Assembly: GCA_965198115.1 (NCBI GenBank)
Contig: OZ240241.1
Location: 384,001 to 448,000 of the forward strand
Reading direction: 5' to 3'
Origin: Candidatus Latescibacterota bacterium
GTDB lineage: Bacteria > Latescibacterota > UBA2968
Length of the DNA stretch: 64,000 nucleotides
Below, piece after piece: positions 40,500 to 51,694 of the stretch. The position numbers were made by a program, and so were the translations under genes. The notes under the pieces were generated by a model. It made no database searches. It was given only the letters and a program-made list of their open reading frames with translations, and was not told where the DNA came from. Every line of letters begins with the position of its first letter. The first letter of the stretch is position 1.

Positions 40500-41470
40500 A
40501 CCAGATCTCTACCTGGTTTAGCCAGGAGGCATACGTTGGTGTGTAGTGCACGTGGTATCTTTTACGTGAGGTGAGCCAACGTTTGACGTTCTGGTGCTTG
40601 TGAGTGCCGTAGTTATCGACGACCAGATGGATGTCGAGATCCTTCGGGACGTTTTTGTCAATGTGCTTGAGGAACTGAAGGAACTCTCTGTTGCGATGTC
40701 TGGGCTTGCACTGAGTCAGGACTTTTCCTGATGCGATGTTGAGCGCCGCAAAGAGGGTAGTCGTGCCGTGCCGTGTATAGCTGTGAGTGACGCCCTCGAC
40801 ATACCCGAGGCCCAAAGGGAGAATCGGTTGCGTCCGTTCGAGTGCTTGAATCTGGCTCTTCTCGTCTATGCAGAGCACCATTGCGTTGTCCGGCGGGTTC
40901 AGGTATAAACCGACGATATCCCTGACTTTCTCGACGAAGAAGGGATCGTTCGACAGCTTGAAGTGCTTCTGCCGATGCGGCTGCAGTCCAAAGGCTCTCC
41001 ATACACGTTGCACTGTGGACTTTGAGAGGCCCGTCTCATCGGCCATCGCTCGACAGGTCCAGTGGGTGGCATTCTTCGGCTTCTTCTTGAGCGTCTTGTA
41101 GATGAGTGAGGAGATCTCTTCGTCGCTAACGGACCGCGGACCACCAGGACGTAACTCGTCATACAGTCCCATCAAGCCTTGCTCGCAGAAGCGACGGCGC
41201 CATTTGCCAACGGACGCTCCGGACAACCCGACTCGTTCGGCGATCTCCTGATTGGTCAGACCACCATCGCTCAGCAGGACGATCTTCGCCCGACGCACCA
41301 GAGCGTGAGGCATGCTGCGCGAACCGGACAACGACTGGAGTTGATCGCGGACTTCATCACTGATGTTCAGTGGTTGTAACGGACGACCTCTTGCCATCGG
41401 TTCCTCCTCACAATGAGTGCCTGAGGAACCTTACGACTGTATCACGAATTTTTCTAGTTATTCCTGAGAT

Positions 41471-41863
41471 GGGTTACAACACCCGGAAGCTCGTTGAGAT
41501 TAAGTCCAGCTGAGTCTGTCAGCGACCGGTTACCTTCGTTTTTCCTTGAGCCGAGTTTCTCTTCGGGATCAGGTAGCCAATGAGAGTCGATAGAGTTTCA
41601 GAAGGTTGTGTGTGAGACAGATCAGGTTCCATTCTCTGATGACTTTGTGGATTCGGCGGAATGAGAATCGGGTGAAGTTCCGAACGGATTTGATCTGTCC
41701 AAACACGGGTTCGATGATCTGTTTTCTTTTCCAGTAGGTGCAGCGACCTTTCTGTGTGAGAAGCTTTCTCGCCATTTTGTCTTTCGTCGTTGCGCCCTTG
41801 GGGATCCGTCCCCTGGGGCAGGTCGCGATGGGCGTTCCATTGTGGCGACGACAAAACAGAAAC
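41471..41863 (-). mobile_element. 3' fragment of IS1182
   Basis: Near-identical to 27776-28167; the last 23 bp (41841-41863) are locally inverted. Confidence 0.88.
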
Positions 41864-42046
41864 GGGGTGCGGGAGGAAGCTGTAAACCGCCTCAAGGAGG
41901 CGGGGATAACAGCGTCGGCGAGGATGGTCGATGCGGCGCTCCGCGCCCGGACGAGCGACGGTGAGGACAATGGGCAGGGACAACGTCTTCTGCTCACCGA
42001 CCCCGAGCCGTGGGACGGCCCCGTGGACGGTGCTGACTTGATAGAT
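41864..42046 (+). pseudogene. Fragment resembling the N-terminal region of DUF3631 (satellite/ICE replication) proteins
   Basis: GQGQRLLLTDPEPWDGPVDGADLID; cut by ISL3. Confidence 0.55.
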
Positions 42047-43466
42047 GGCTATATCCGGATCTCTCAACGAGATGAAGTGGGTGAAGGTGCCGTGGTTCCT
42101 GGCATGGGGGCGCGGTTAGAGTGTGCGGAACCTCTTCGGAATCTGCTCAGGGATGTTTATGTCTCCGACGGTAAGGAAGATCATATCGTTGAATGCGTCG
42201 AGTGTGCGGAATCCGCTGGCTCGGTTCTTGACGATTTGGACGATTCGGTTGAGGCCTTCGGCGATGGCGTTGGTAAGACGCGTGTTCACGAATGCGAGGA
42301 CGCCGAAGAAGTGCTGTCGCAGGGTCCTGACGAACTTTCGCAGGGGTTCAAGTCGACTTCTGAGTGCGGACGTCGTCCAGCATTTCAGGAAGCGTTCGGC
42401 AGCCCAGGGCGCTTTGTATTCCCAGAACTGCTCGAACTCGTCCTTGAGTCTCCAGGCTCTATAGATTCGGTAGTTCGCCTTCTCCAGTGCTTTGAGTGTC
42501 CGAGTATCCCCTCTGGAGCGTGTCGCTGAGTGCCGGTAGAGGAGCCATCGGAGGCCCTTCATGGCTTTGCGCTCATCCGGGGCAGCTTTACGCCACTGGT
42601 CCTTACGGACCTCGTCAACGGCGGCATTGAGAGCCTTGACGATGTGAAAGCGATCGAGGACCAGCTTGGCATTCGGACAGTGTTCCTGGATGGCTCCGAT
42701 GTAAGCTTCGCTCATGTCGCAGCAGGCCCACTCGATCTTGGATCTCTGGTAGGGACTGAGAGCCTCTGTGAAGAACCGATCGATCGTTTTACGCGCCCTG
42801 CCGCGGCCAACCCACACCACGCAGGAGCGGTCCAGATCGTAAACGAGCGTGGCGTACCTGTGACGCTTGGCGTAGGAGATCTCGTCGATCCCGATGGTTT
42901 TGAGCCCTCGGATACGATGACCTTCACGAAGCCGCGTGATGGATCGGTGAAGGAGATCCGACAGCGTCGAGGCAGAGATGCGCAGTAACTCGGACGCCGC
43001 CTTCTGCGTCATGGTCTGGCAGTAGCGCAGCATGGCATACTCGAAGCGATACGTCACCCGAGAGAACCGCTCCGCCCACGGAATCTCCTCGACCACACGA
43101 CCGTGGGTAGGACACCGAATCTCCCGAGGATGGTAGAGAAGCCAGACCCTCCACCCGCACACCGGAATGTCACGCCACCGACGCGGATGGGGCATTGTGC
43201 GGACGATTTTACCTCGACGGCCGCACTCCGGACAACAACAACCATTCTTATGTGGCTTTACGGCGATGACGAAGCAGCTTCTCCCCTCAAACCACCAGCT
43301 GACAACACGGAACCCCTTGAATCTCAGCAGTTTCGATAGTAATCTGCTCCCGGTCATAGGTCGCACCCCCTTCGCTTTGATTGTCCTACACACACAACCA
43401 AGCGTAGGGAACGATCTATGACCTTGTCATTCTATAGTTTCACCGTTGAGAAACCCGGATAGAGCC
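42047..43466 (-). mobile_element. ISL3 copy B
   Basis: Both IRs present; near-identical to copy A. Confidence 0.95.
42116..43357 (-). CDS. ISL3 transposase (intact)
   Basis: Identical protein to 12321..13562. Confidence 0.95.
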   Translation of the reverse strand: MTGSRLLSKLLRFKGFRVVSWWFEGRSCFVIAVKPHKNGCCCPECGRRGKIVRTMPHPRRWRDIPVCGWRVWLLYHPREIRCPTHGRVVEEIPWAERFSRVTYRFEYAMLRYCQTMTQKAASELLRISASTLSDLLHRSITRLREGHRIRGLKTIGIDEISYAKRHRYATLVYDLDRSCVVWVGRGRARKTIDRFFTEALSPYQRSKIEWACCDMSEAYIGAIQEHCPNAKLVLDRFHIVKALNAAVDEVRKDQWRKAAPDERKAMKGLRWLLYRHSATRSRGDTRTLKALEKANYRIYRAWRLKDEFEQFWEYKAPWAAERFLKCWTTSALRSRLEPLRKFVRTLRQHFFGVLAFVNTRLTNAIAEGLNRIVQIVKNRASGFRTLDAFNDMIFLTVGDINIPEQIPKRFRTL

Positions 43467-43471
43467 TTATT

Positions 43472-44898
43472 GGCTATATCTGGATCTCTCAACGAGCTGA
43501 AGTGGGTGAAGGTGCCGTGGTTCCTGGCATGGGGGCGCGGTTAGCGTGTGCGGAACCTCTTCGGAATCTGCTCAGGGATGTTTATGTCTCCGACGGTAAG
43601 GAAGATCATATCGTTGAATGCGTCGAGTGTGCGGAATCCGCTGGCTCGGTTCTTGACGATTTGGACGATTCGGTTGAGGCCTTCGGCGATGGCGTTGGTA
43701 AGACGCGTGTTCACGAATGCGAGGACGCCGAAGAAGTGCTGTCGCAGGGTCCTGACGAACTTTCGCAGGGGTTCAAGTCGACTTCTGAGTGCGGACGTCG
43801 TCCAGCATTTCAGGAAGCGTTCGGCAGCCCAGGGCGCTTTGTATTCCCAGAACTGCTCGAACTCGTCCTTGAGTCTCCAGGCTCTATAGATTCGGTAGTT
43901 CGCCTTCTCCAGTGCTTTGAGTGTCCGAGTATCCCCTCTGGAGCGTGTCGCTGAGTGCCGGTAGAGGAGCCATCGGAGGCCCTTCATGGCTTTGCGCTCA
44001 TCCGGGGCAGCTTTACGCCACTGGTCCTTACGGACCTCGTCAACGGCGGCATTGAGAGCCTTGACGATGTGAAAGCGATCGAGGACCAGCTTGGCATTCG
44101 GACAGTGTTCCTGGATGGCTCCGATGTAAGCTTCAAGCTTCGCTCATGTCGCAGCAGGCCCACTCGATCTTGGATCTCCGGTAGGGACTGAGAGCCTCTG
44201 TGAAGAACCGATCGATCGTTTTACGCGCCCTGCCGCGGCCAACCCACACCACGCAGGAGCGGTCCAGATCGTAAACGAGCGTGGCGTACCTGTGACGCTT
44301 GGCGTAGGAGATCTCGTCGATCCCGATGGTTTTGAGCCCTCGGATACGATGACCTTCACGAAGCCGCGTGATGGATCGGTGAAGGAGATCCGACAGCGTC
44401 GAGGCAGAGATGCGCAGCAACTCGGACGCCGCCTTCTGCGTCATGGTCTGGCAGTAGCGCAGCATGGCATACTCGAAGCGATACGTCACCCGAGAGAACC
44501 GCTCCGCCCACGGAATCTCCTCGACCACACGACCGTGGGTAGGACACCGAATCTCCCGAGGATGGTAGAGAAGCCAGACCCTCCACCCGCACACCGGAAT
44601 GTCACGCCACCGACGCGGATGGGGCATTGTGCGGACGATTTTACCTCGACGGCCGCACTCCGGACAACAACAACCATTCTTATGTGGCTTTACGGCGATG
44701 ACGAAGCAGCTTCTCCCCTCAAACCACCAGCTGACAACACGGAACCCCTTGAATCTCAGCAGTTTCGATAGTAATCTGCTCCCGGTCATAGGTCGCACCC
44801 CCTTCGCTTTGATTGTCCTACACACACAACCAAGCGTAGGGAACGATCTATGACCTTGTCATTCTATAGTTTCACCGTTGAGAAACCCGGATAGAGCC
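43472..44898 (-). mobile_element. ISL3 copy C, tandem with copy B, transposase frameshifted
   Basis: 5-bp spacer TTATT to copy B; 7-bp duplication AAGCTTC at 44128-44141. Confidence 0.95.
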
Positions 44899-44900
44899 TA

Positions 44901-45134
44901 AAAAAAGCGCTCGCTGATTTCGAGTTCAACGCGCTCGGACAGCTTGAAAAGGCGGCCAAGTTAGATCCGCGATCGTGGACGGCCCTTGCGTGGATCCTCG
45001 AGCGCCGATTCAATCACTGGCGGCGACCAGCGGATCGAGTGTCAATGGAACAATCGGGCACGATCACACTCGCCCAGATAGTGAAGGCTGCAGCGGATCG
45101 GCGTGAGCGCGAGGGACTTGCTTCGAAGAGATGA
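44901..45134 (+). pseudogene. 3' fragment of a phage small-terminase-like gene
   Basis: KKALADFEFNALGQLEKAAKLDPRSWTALAWILERRF (WxAxAWxLERR motif); 5' end removed at the ISL3 junction. Confidence 0.5.
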
Positions 45135-45269
45135 GAGAGAGTGATTCATCGTAGCGTGGAAACTAACCGCATGTCAACCGTATCGAGCGATCGGATGCTA
45201 CGGAAGAACACGCGCCACTCCCAGACAAATCCATAGACTCCGCCCAGGAGAAAACCATGATTGCAAAGT

Positions 45270-45316
45270 TGGTGGGCCCAGCAGGACTCGAACCTGCGAC
45301 CGATCGATGATGAGTC
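45270..45316 (-). other. 3' part of a CAT-anticodon tRNA (Ile2-like); att-site relic
   Basis: GACTCATCATCGATCGGTCGCAGGTTCGAGTCCTGCTGGGCCCACCA on the minus strand; 5' half absent. Confidence 0.8.
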
Positions 45317-45683
45317 ACTATCCGGTGCCTTCCACTTTGCATCGGTTTATCCGGGTTTACCCAGGTTTGTTCCAAGAGGTCACCGTGATATGCGCCCTAT
45401 GTCATAACACGTTGTCCACTAAATAGTTGTCCTCCAAGTATCGGGGATGGACACTTTTTGGACACCTTGGGCGGACGGGTTGGTTGAGCCATTTGGACTG
45501 TCCACCGTCCACGATCTCCAGGTAAAGGGTTCTTTGTACATCAGCTTGACAGGTGTTTACAATGTCAATCCGTCTGATTTGGCCAGAACTCACTCTATGA
45601 ATGGGTTTTCTCTATTTACGTGTCGGTGTGCGCGTTACAATCTGGGAGAGCTCTTCCGATTTCTTTACGCATAACCGGGTTCG

Positions 45684-46519
45684 ATGAAACTCAAGAACAA
45701 ACATTTCGAGGCAATCGAGCAGATCGTGGCCTGTCAAATTGAGGGCGACGGCATCTCGGAGATGGCACGTCGTTGTGCGGTGTCACGCCAGACGATCTAC
45801 AGCTGGCTGCGCGATTCAGCCTTTCGGGAGGTGCTCGATCAGCGTCGTGCCCTGTGGGATCGCGACATCGGCCAAATCAGGTTGACGCGCCGAAGGGCAA
45901 GGATTGAGGATTTGGCTGCGATCGCCGAGGATCCGGCGACGAATGACTCGATCAAGCTGCGGGCTTTGAAGCAGATAGCCGATGAGACGGCCGCTGACGT
46001 GGAGGGGATGTTGGAAGCCCTGCAGGAGCAAATTGATCTTCTCGAGCGCCAGATCGCCGGTGAGGTCGGGTTGGCCCTTCACCGTCCAGAAGGCAAAAGT
46101 CCGATGAAACTCAAGAACAAACATTTCGAGTCGATCGAGCAGATCGTGGCCTGTCAAATTGAGGGCGACGGCATCTCGGAGATGGCACGTCGTTGTGCGG
46201 TGTCACGCCAGACGATCTACAGATGGCTGCGCGATTCAGCCTTTCGTCAGGTGCTCAATCAGCGTCGTGCCCTGTGGGATCGCGACATCGGCCAAATCAG
46301 GTTGACGCACCGAAGGGCAAGGATTGAGGATTTGGCTGCGATCGCCGAGGATCCGGCGACGAATAACTCGATCAAGCTGCGGGCTTTGAAGCAGATCGCC
46401 GATGAGACGGCCGCTGACGTTGAGGGGACGATCGAGTCCCTGCAGGAGCGAATTGATCTTCTCGAGCGCCAGATCGTCGGTGAGGTCGGGTTGGCCCTTC
46501 ACCGTCCAGAAGGCAAAAG
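45684..46519 (+). CDS. Phage HTH protein (phBC6A51/small-terminase-like), in-frame 420-bp tandem duplication
   Basis: MKLKNKHFE...ISEMARRCAVSRQTIYxWLRDSAF occurs twice, at 45684 and 46104; a third homolog lies at 50372. Confidence 0.7.
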
Positions 46520-47368
46520 CACAATCCGTGGTCACGGTTGGTCGGGGAAGCGGAAGCTTACTATCCGACGCTCGCTCGTGACGGTGCGGCGGACACGGGC
46601 TATGAGGTGTGCGGGTCGATGGTCGTCGCCGTTAATGCGGCTGAGAGGGACACTTTCGAAGAGGCGAGCGTGGGTGTGGTGCGGGGGGATGGACGCGGCG
46701 ACAAGGCCGCCGTCGTGGATGGCGCGCGTGCTGGAGCAGTCGGGCGTGGCTCACGGGCTCGAGGTGCGGCGCGCTTCCGTCGATCGTGTCGAGGTCGAAG
46801 GTGGGACAGCGACAGCGGTTGTCGCGGACGGTGAGGAGCTGACCACGGGGCTCCGTCGTCATCGCCGGGGGGCGTGGTCTAACGCGTTTGGCGAGCAACT
46901 CGGGGTTCGTCTCCCGGTCGGGCCGATGCGGGGGCAGATCGCGCATCTGGATCTTGGGGAGACGGATACATCGGGCTGGGTCATCGTGAGCGGGTTTCGC
47001 GGTCACTACCTGGTACCGTGGGACGACAATCGTGTGGTTGCCGGTGCGACACGGGAGATGGATGCGGGCTATCGGGTCGAGACGACGGTCGAGGGGATGC
47101 TCGAGGTGTTGTCCGAAGCGATCCGGGTCGCCCCCGGTCTCCGAGGAGCTCGGGTGAAAAGGAGTTTCGCGTCGGACTGCGGCCGGCGACGTCCGACGGC
47201 TTTCCCATCATCGGCGTCATCCCCGACGCAGCGAATGTGCACGTGGCGACGGGTCACGGCCCGATGGGGCTCCACCTGGGACCCTACAGCGGAAAGGTTG
47301 TGGCCGATGCGATTCTCGGCGAGAGAGACGAGACTTTTGCCGTGTTTGGAGTCGAACGATTCGGTTGA
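46520..47368 (+). pseudogene. FAD-dependent oxidoreductase (glycine oxidase/DadA-like) fragments
   Basis: GAWS, PMRGQI, YLVP, VAGAT, VGLRPATSDGFPIIG, ATGHGPMGL across frames. Confidence 0.78.
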
Positions 47369-47993
47369 TGCGACGAGACAGCTACTGAGGACACAGAGGT
47401 GATGGAACAAAGTTCCAATGACCACCGCGGTACCAAGGTCTTTGACGTAGCAAAGTGAGGTGAAGTGATGGAGTACCGAAAACTCGGGCGAAGTGGGGTG
47501 AAGGTTTCGGGTGGATCATCGAACGTCACGGCTACAAGACGCCCTGAACAGGCTAGAAACGCACTCACGGCGACTCGAAAGGCCGCCTGAATACACTCAC
47601 CCGAGTGTCCAGACAACCGCGGGCTTTACACTCCTGCTGTGCGGTCTCGGGATTCGCGCGACCCGGCTAAGGACGCCGAACCCGTCCGGCAGGTACCGCA
47701 TGGGAGGGTGTCCAGAATCTTTCACATAGTGAGAGCGGCAACCCTCGGTCTGCGTGATGACGCCGCCGAAGCGTCATGGCGACGTCGAGGGCGAGGAGAC
47801 GTCGGTAGGAAGGACTCGTCGCGCTCGAGCGTCGACGCCGACGCCTCCGCGAATTAAGAGCGGATCCTTGAACACACGTCCGGAGCCAGGGGATTGCACA
47901 ACCGGTCTTTTCTACAATCGTCCGGGTGTCCTCCGACACGGAGCTGCTCAGGGCGCAGCACGCGACTTGCCCGCGGATCGGTCGCGGTCTAGA

Positions 47994-48881
47994 TCAGCCG
48001 CCGAACACGTGCCTGACGGTGAACAGCAGCGTCCAGTAACGCGTGCCGGTAAACGTGTCGGTGTGGGTGAAGTTCGGGTCCAGAGCGTGGGCCGAGTGCA
48101 GCTGGTATCCGCCGGTGTATTCGATGTCGGCGAGCATCGAGTACGTCAGCTTCGCGCCCAACGCGGTCCGTTCGTTCAGGCCGAAGTCGGTCCCGGCGTG
48201 CAGGTGCCCGGCCAGCACGGTGTCGGAGAAATCGGCGTCCAGGCGGGCGTTGTAGGACGACAGGGGCGGGTCGTGGGCGGCGCCGTTTCCTGCCGTATCC
48301 AGGTACTCATCGGTGAAGCGCACCCCATGGATGTCGACGAATGCGGGTCCCACCCCGCCGCCAACGTAGGGGGAAAACCCGGATGCCGCATCGCGGAAGT
48401 CGTAGTACGCGTTGAACGCGAGGATACGGACGGCAAGGTCGTCAATCGAGGACTCTGTATGCGAGGTGACCGCAGTGTTTTGCCGATCCTCCATCGCTAT
48501 ACCCTCGAGCGTGGTGACGCTGCGAAACATCTGATCGATGTCGTTCCTACGTTGTGCGAACAACAGCTCGAGGCGTGCGCGGTTGAGGATGAACCCGGTC
48601 GAGAGCTCGAACATGGCGCCCGCCCCGGCATCGAGGTCGTAGCCCCAGCGGTATCCGGATACTTCGGGACGGGGGTCTTCGTCGAAGCAGGCGTCCGTCG
48701 GATAGCACAGCGGATCCCGGTTGAAACCCGTCTGGTTGATGTCGGAAGCCCAGTTCGCCCCACCGCCGCTGCCGACGTACCAACCGGACCGCCGCGTGCC
48801 GCTCTGAGCCGACGCGTCCGAGACGGAACAGAGTACCAGGATGCCACCCAGGACTGGTGCAACAAGTGATGCAATACGCAT
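47994..48881 (-). CDS. Outer-membrane beta-barrel protein (OmpA-TM/P44-Msp2-like)
   Basis: Signal peptide, GWYVG, RLEL, NAYYDF, PYVGGGVG, C-terminal aromatic VRHVF; GGAGG RBS. Confidence 0.78.
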   Translation of the reverse strand: MRIASLVAPVLGGILVLCSVSDASAQSGTRRSGWYVGSGGGANWASDINQTGFNRDPLCYPTDACFDEDPRPEVSGYRWGYDLDAGAGAMFELSTGFILNRARLELLFAQRRNDIDQMFRSVTTLEGIAMEDRQNTAVTSHTESSIDDLAVRILAFNAYYDFRDAASGFSPYVGGGVGPAFVDIHGVRFTDEYLDTAGNGAAHDPPLSSYNARLDADFSDTVLAGHLHAGTDFGLNERTALGAKLTYSMLADIEYTGGYQLHSAHALDPNFTHTDTFTGTRYWTLLFTVRHVFGG

Positions 48882-48965
48882 GAATATCCTCCGCAGGGTC
48901 GTGAAGAAAACCGGATGACTCCTATCGCATCGGCCTGGCGGGCATCCGGTGTCCCGTGTCGGTCG

Positions 48966-49310
48966 TCACGTGGGAAAAGGCAACCAGACGCTTACGTGGC
49001 CCCATCCGATCGGCGAACGCGGCCACTTGCTCATCGCGATCGGCCACGAGCGGCGCCTTGACGACTCGGACGCCTCTTGCGCCGTGATCAGAATCTCATC
49101 ACCCTCGCACCAGTCCAGCCCGCGCAGGACCGTTTGGAACGCTTCGCTCACCCCTCGAGTCAACGCAAGGTCCCCAGGGCCCACACTCAGGAAGCTCGCA
49201 ATCCGGTCGATCGACGCGGTCCGTCTGGGCATCTCCTCGTCGGGATAGGCGATGTGCATCGGCCCGCGCGTCGTCAGTTCTTCCATCAGGGCGGCGTGGG
49301 CGTCTGCCAC
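48966..49310 (-). pseudogene. Class V aminotransferase/cysteine desulfurase-like fragment
   Basis: IASFLSVGPGDLALTRGVSEA...GLDWCEGDEILIT. Confidence 0.6.
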
Positions 49311-49699
49311 CGGCCGTGGCGTGATATCTGTTATAAGTTACTTATAATAATAGACTTATTATCTGCCATACCAACCTTGATGGTGATGACATCGTCGATC
49401 ACGGGTCGGCGCTGGTGTGATTTGGGTAAGGACGAGGGCATTACATCGCTGCGGCGACCGATACTCAGCAAGATAACCCTCGTCAGATGGGGGCTGCAAA
49501 CAAAGCAGCTGTTGCGTCTGCCACCGATTACGAAGACCAGCATTCGAGATATAGAAGAGTGGTCGTCTAAGACAGGCTCTCTCGTCCAAGATCTTTAAAA
49601 GGCGGTTTTCTGGAGCGAGTGTCAGGTAGTTCGATACACAACGAAACGCGTACCTGAAAGCTCCCGCTGGCATACAACTCTATTGTACCATCCCAGTCT

Positions 49700-49767
49700 G
49701 ACTTCAGTTCCCGTAATCCACTCCATCAGCCACGCTTGCCCACCGTTCCCCACTTCGTATCTTGGGT
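49700..49767 (+). promoter_or_regulatory. Third copy of the kinase promoter module, cut by IS3
   Basis: TAATCCACTCCATCAGCCACGCTTGCCC-16-TATCTTGGGT. Confidence 0.55.
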
Positions 49768-50358
49768 TGACCTGCCCCCATCTATGTGTCCACATCCAGA
49801 GTTAGGATATGGCTGCGGTGAGCGGTTTGGTGACCGCTTCAGGTGCAGGTGGGCGATAGCCCAATGAGCTGTGTGGTCTGATGTGATTGTACTGCCAGCG
49901 CCACCACTTGGTCAACACCCTAGCCTCCTCCAAGGTCGTGAAGATCTCACCGTTGAGTAGCTCGTCTCTGAGCTTCCCGTTGAAGCTCTCGATGTATCCG
50001 TTCTCCCACGGGCTGCCCGGCTCGATGAACAAAGTTCCGACCTCCAACCTCGAGAGCCAGTCCCGAACCGCTTTGGCTACAAACTCCGGCCCGTTATCCG
50101 ATCTGATGTGTTTCGGGACACCATACCTCAGCATCAGCTTCGCCAACGTCCGCAGAACGTCCCGTGATGTTTGCTTGCGAGCGACCTCGATGGTCAGGCA
50201 CTCACGCGTGTATTCATCCACGACTGTCAGGAACTTCAACGGCCTCCCTTCACGTGTGCGATCGAACACGAAGTCGTAGGCCCAGACGTGGTTACGATGC
50301 TCGGGTCTGAGTCTGATGCAGGAGCCGTCGTTGAGCCAAAGTCGACCCCGCGCCCTTT
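49768..50358 (-). mobile_element. IS3-family (IS407-like) 3' fragment, OrfB integrase core
   Basis: End TGACCTGCCCC; WAYDF, SDNGPEF, PGSPWENGYIESFNG, RPHSSLG. Confidence 0.88.
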
Positions 50359-50371
50359 GACGGGAGGACCG

Positions 50372-50759
50372 ATGAAGCTCACCGAAAAGCATCGAATGCG
50401 CGGGGGTGTGTGCCAGGTTGGAATTAGCAGGCCAGGGCTCGAAAACTATGGCTCGAGAGTGTGGGGTTTCGCGGCAGACGATATACAACTGGTGCAAAAT
50501 CCCCGAGTTTTTGGCTGAAAAACTCCGTCGTAAAGCGGTTTTCCGGGTTGACTTGTCCGATATTCCGCTCACGCATCGCCGGAATCGCATCGAGCTCCTC
50601 GCCGGGATTGCGAACGACGCCGGCGAGAGGTCGGGAGATCGGATTCGTGCGGTGAGGGCTATCGCGGATGAGGCGGCGGCCGACGTGGAGGGGATGATCG
50701 AGTCGCTCCAGGAGCAGATCGACCTTTTCGAGCGCCAGATGGCTGGCGACATGTCGTGA
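50372..50759 (+). pseudogene. Homolog of the phage HTH protein, frameshift near the start
   Basis: GGAGG-ATG MKLTEKH, then MARECGVSRQTIYNW...ADVEGMIESLQEQIDLFERQ. Confidence 0.65.
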
Positions 50760-50833
50760 CACGTTGCTGACCATCAATCAAGAGCCATCGAGTGAAGGAT
50801 ACTACTTGGCGATGCAGGTTTCCGGAAATAAAA

Positions 50834-51694
50834 GGCTCTATCCGGGTTTCTCAACGGTGAAACTATAGAATGACAAGGTCATAGATCGTTCCCTACGCTT
50901 GGTTGTGTGTGTAGGACAATCAAAGCGAAGGGGGTGCGACCTATGACCGGGAGCAGATTACTATCGAAACTGCTGAGATTCAAGGGGTTCCGTGTTGTCA
51001 GCTGGTGGTTTGAGGGGAGAAGCTGCTTCGTCATCGCCGTAAAGCCACATAAGAATGGTTATTGTTGTCCGGAGTGCGGCCGTCGAGGTAAAATCGTCCG
51101 CACAATGCCCCATCCGCGTCGGTGGCGTGACATTCCGGTGTGCGGGTGGAGGGTCTGGCTTCTTTACCATCCTCGGGAGATTCGGTGTCCTACCCACGGT
51201 CGTGTGGTCGAGGAGATTCCGTGGGCGGGACCGCTCCTGCGTGGTGTGGGTTGGCCGCGGCAGGGCGCGTAAAACGATCGATCGGTTCTTCACAGAGGCT
51301 CTCAGTCCCTACCGGAGATCCAAGATCGAGTGGGCCTGCTGCGACATGAGCGAAGCTTACATCGGAGCCATCCAGGAACACTGTCCGAATGCCAAGCTGG
51401 TCCTCGATCGCTTTCACATCGTCAAGGCTCTCAATGCCGCCGTTGACGAGGTCCGTAAGGACCAGTGGCGTAAAGCTGCCCCGGATGAGCGCAAAGCCAT
51501 GAAGGGCCTCCGATGGCTCCTCTACCGGCACTCAGCGACACGCTCCAGAGGGGATACTCGGACACTCAAAGCACTGGAGAAGGCGAACTACCGAATCTAT
51601 AGAGCCTGGAGACTCAAGGACGAGTTCGAGCAGTTCTGGGAATACAAAGCGCCCTGGGCTGCCGAACGCTTCCTGAAATGCTGGACGACGTCCG
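50834..51694 (+). mobile_element. ISL3 copy D, internal deletion (about 239 bp) and 3' truncation
   Basis: Left IR present; junction TGGGCGG|GACCGC; fused to IS256 at 51694/51695. Confidence 0.9.

Larger units (their letters stand above)
38929..41473 (-). mobile_element. IS630-family element interrupted by IS256, left tip deleted
   Basis: Transposase 40498..41397 plus tail 38929..39125 (WFGIITQRAIRRGTF); ends GACACGACACTAG. Confidence 0.92.

Noticed and set aside
45270-45316. Functional tRNA genes at 45270 and 37665
   Set aside because: Both lack the D arm and the 5' acceptor strand.
45684-47402. 572-aa HTH-oxidoreductase fusion protein
   Set aside because: It is a chance read-through across a deletion junction; the oxidoreductase motifs are spread over several frames.
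49802-50752. 316-aa IS3 transposase ORF
   Set aside because: The N-terminal ~130 aa are the antisense of the HTH gene; only 49802-50358 is IS3.
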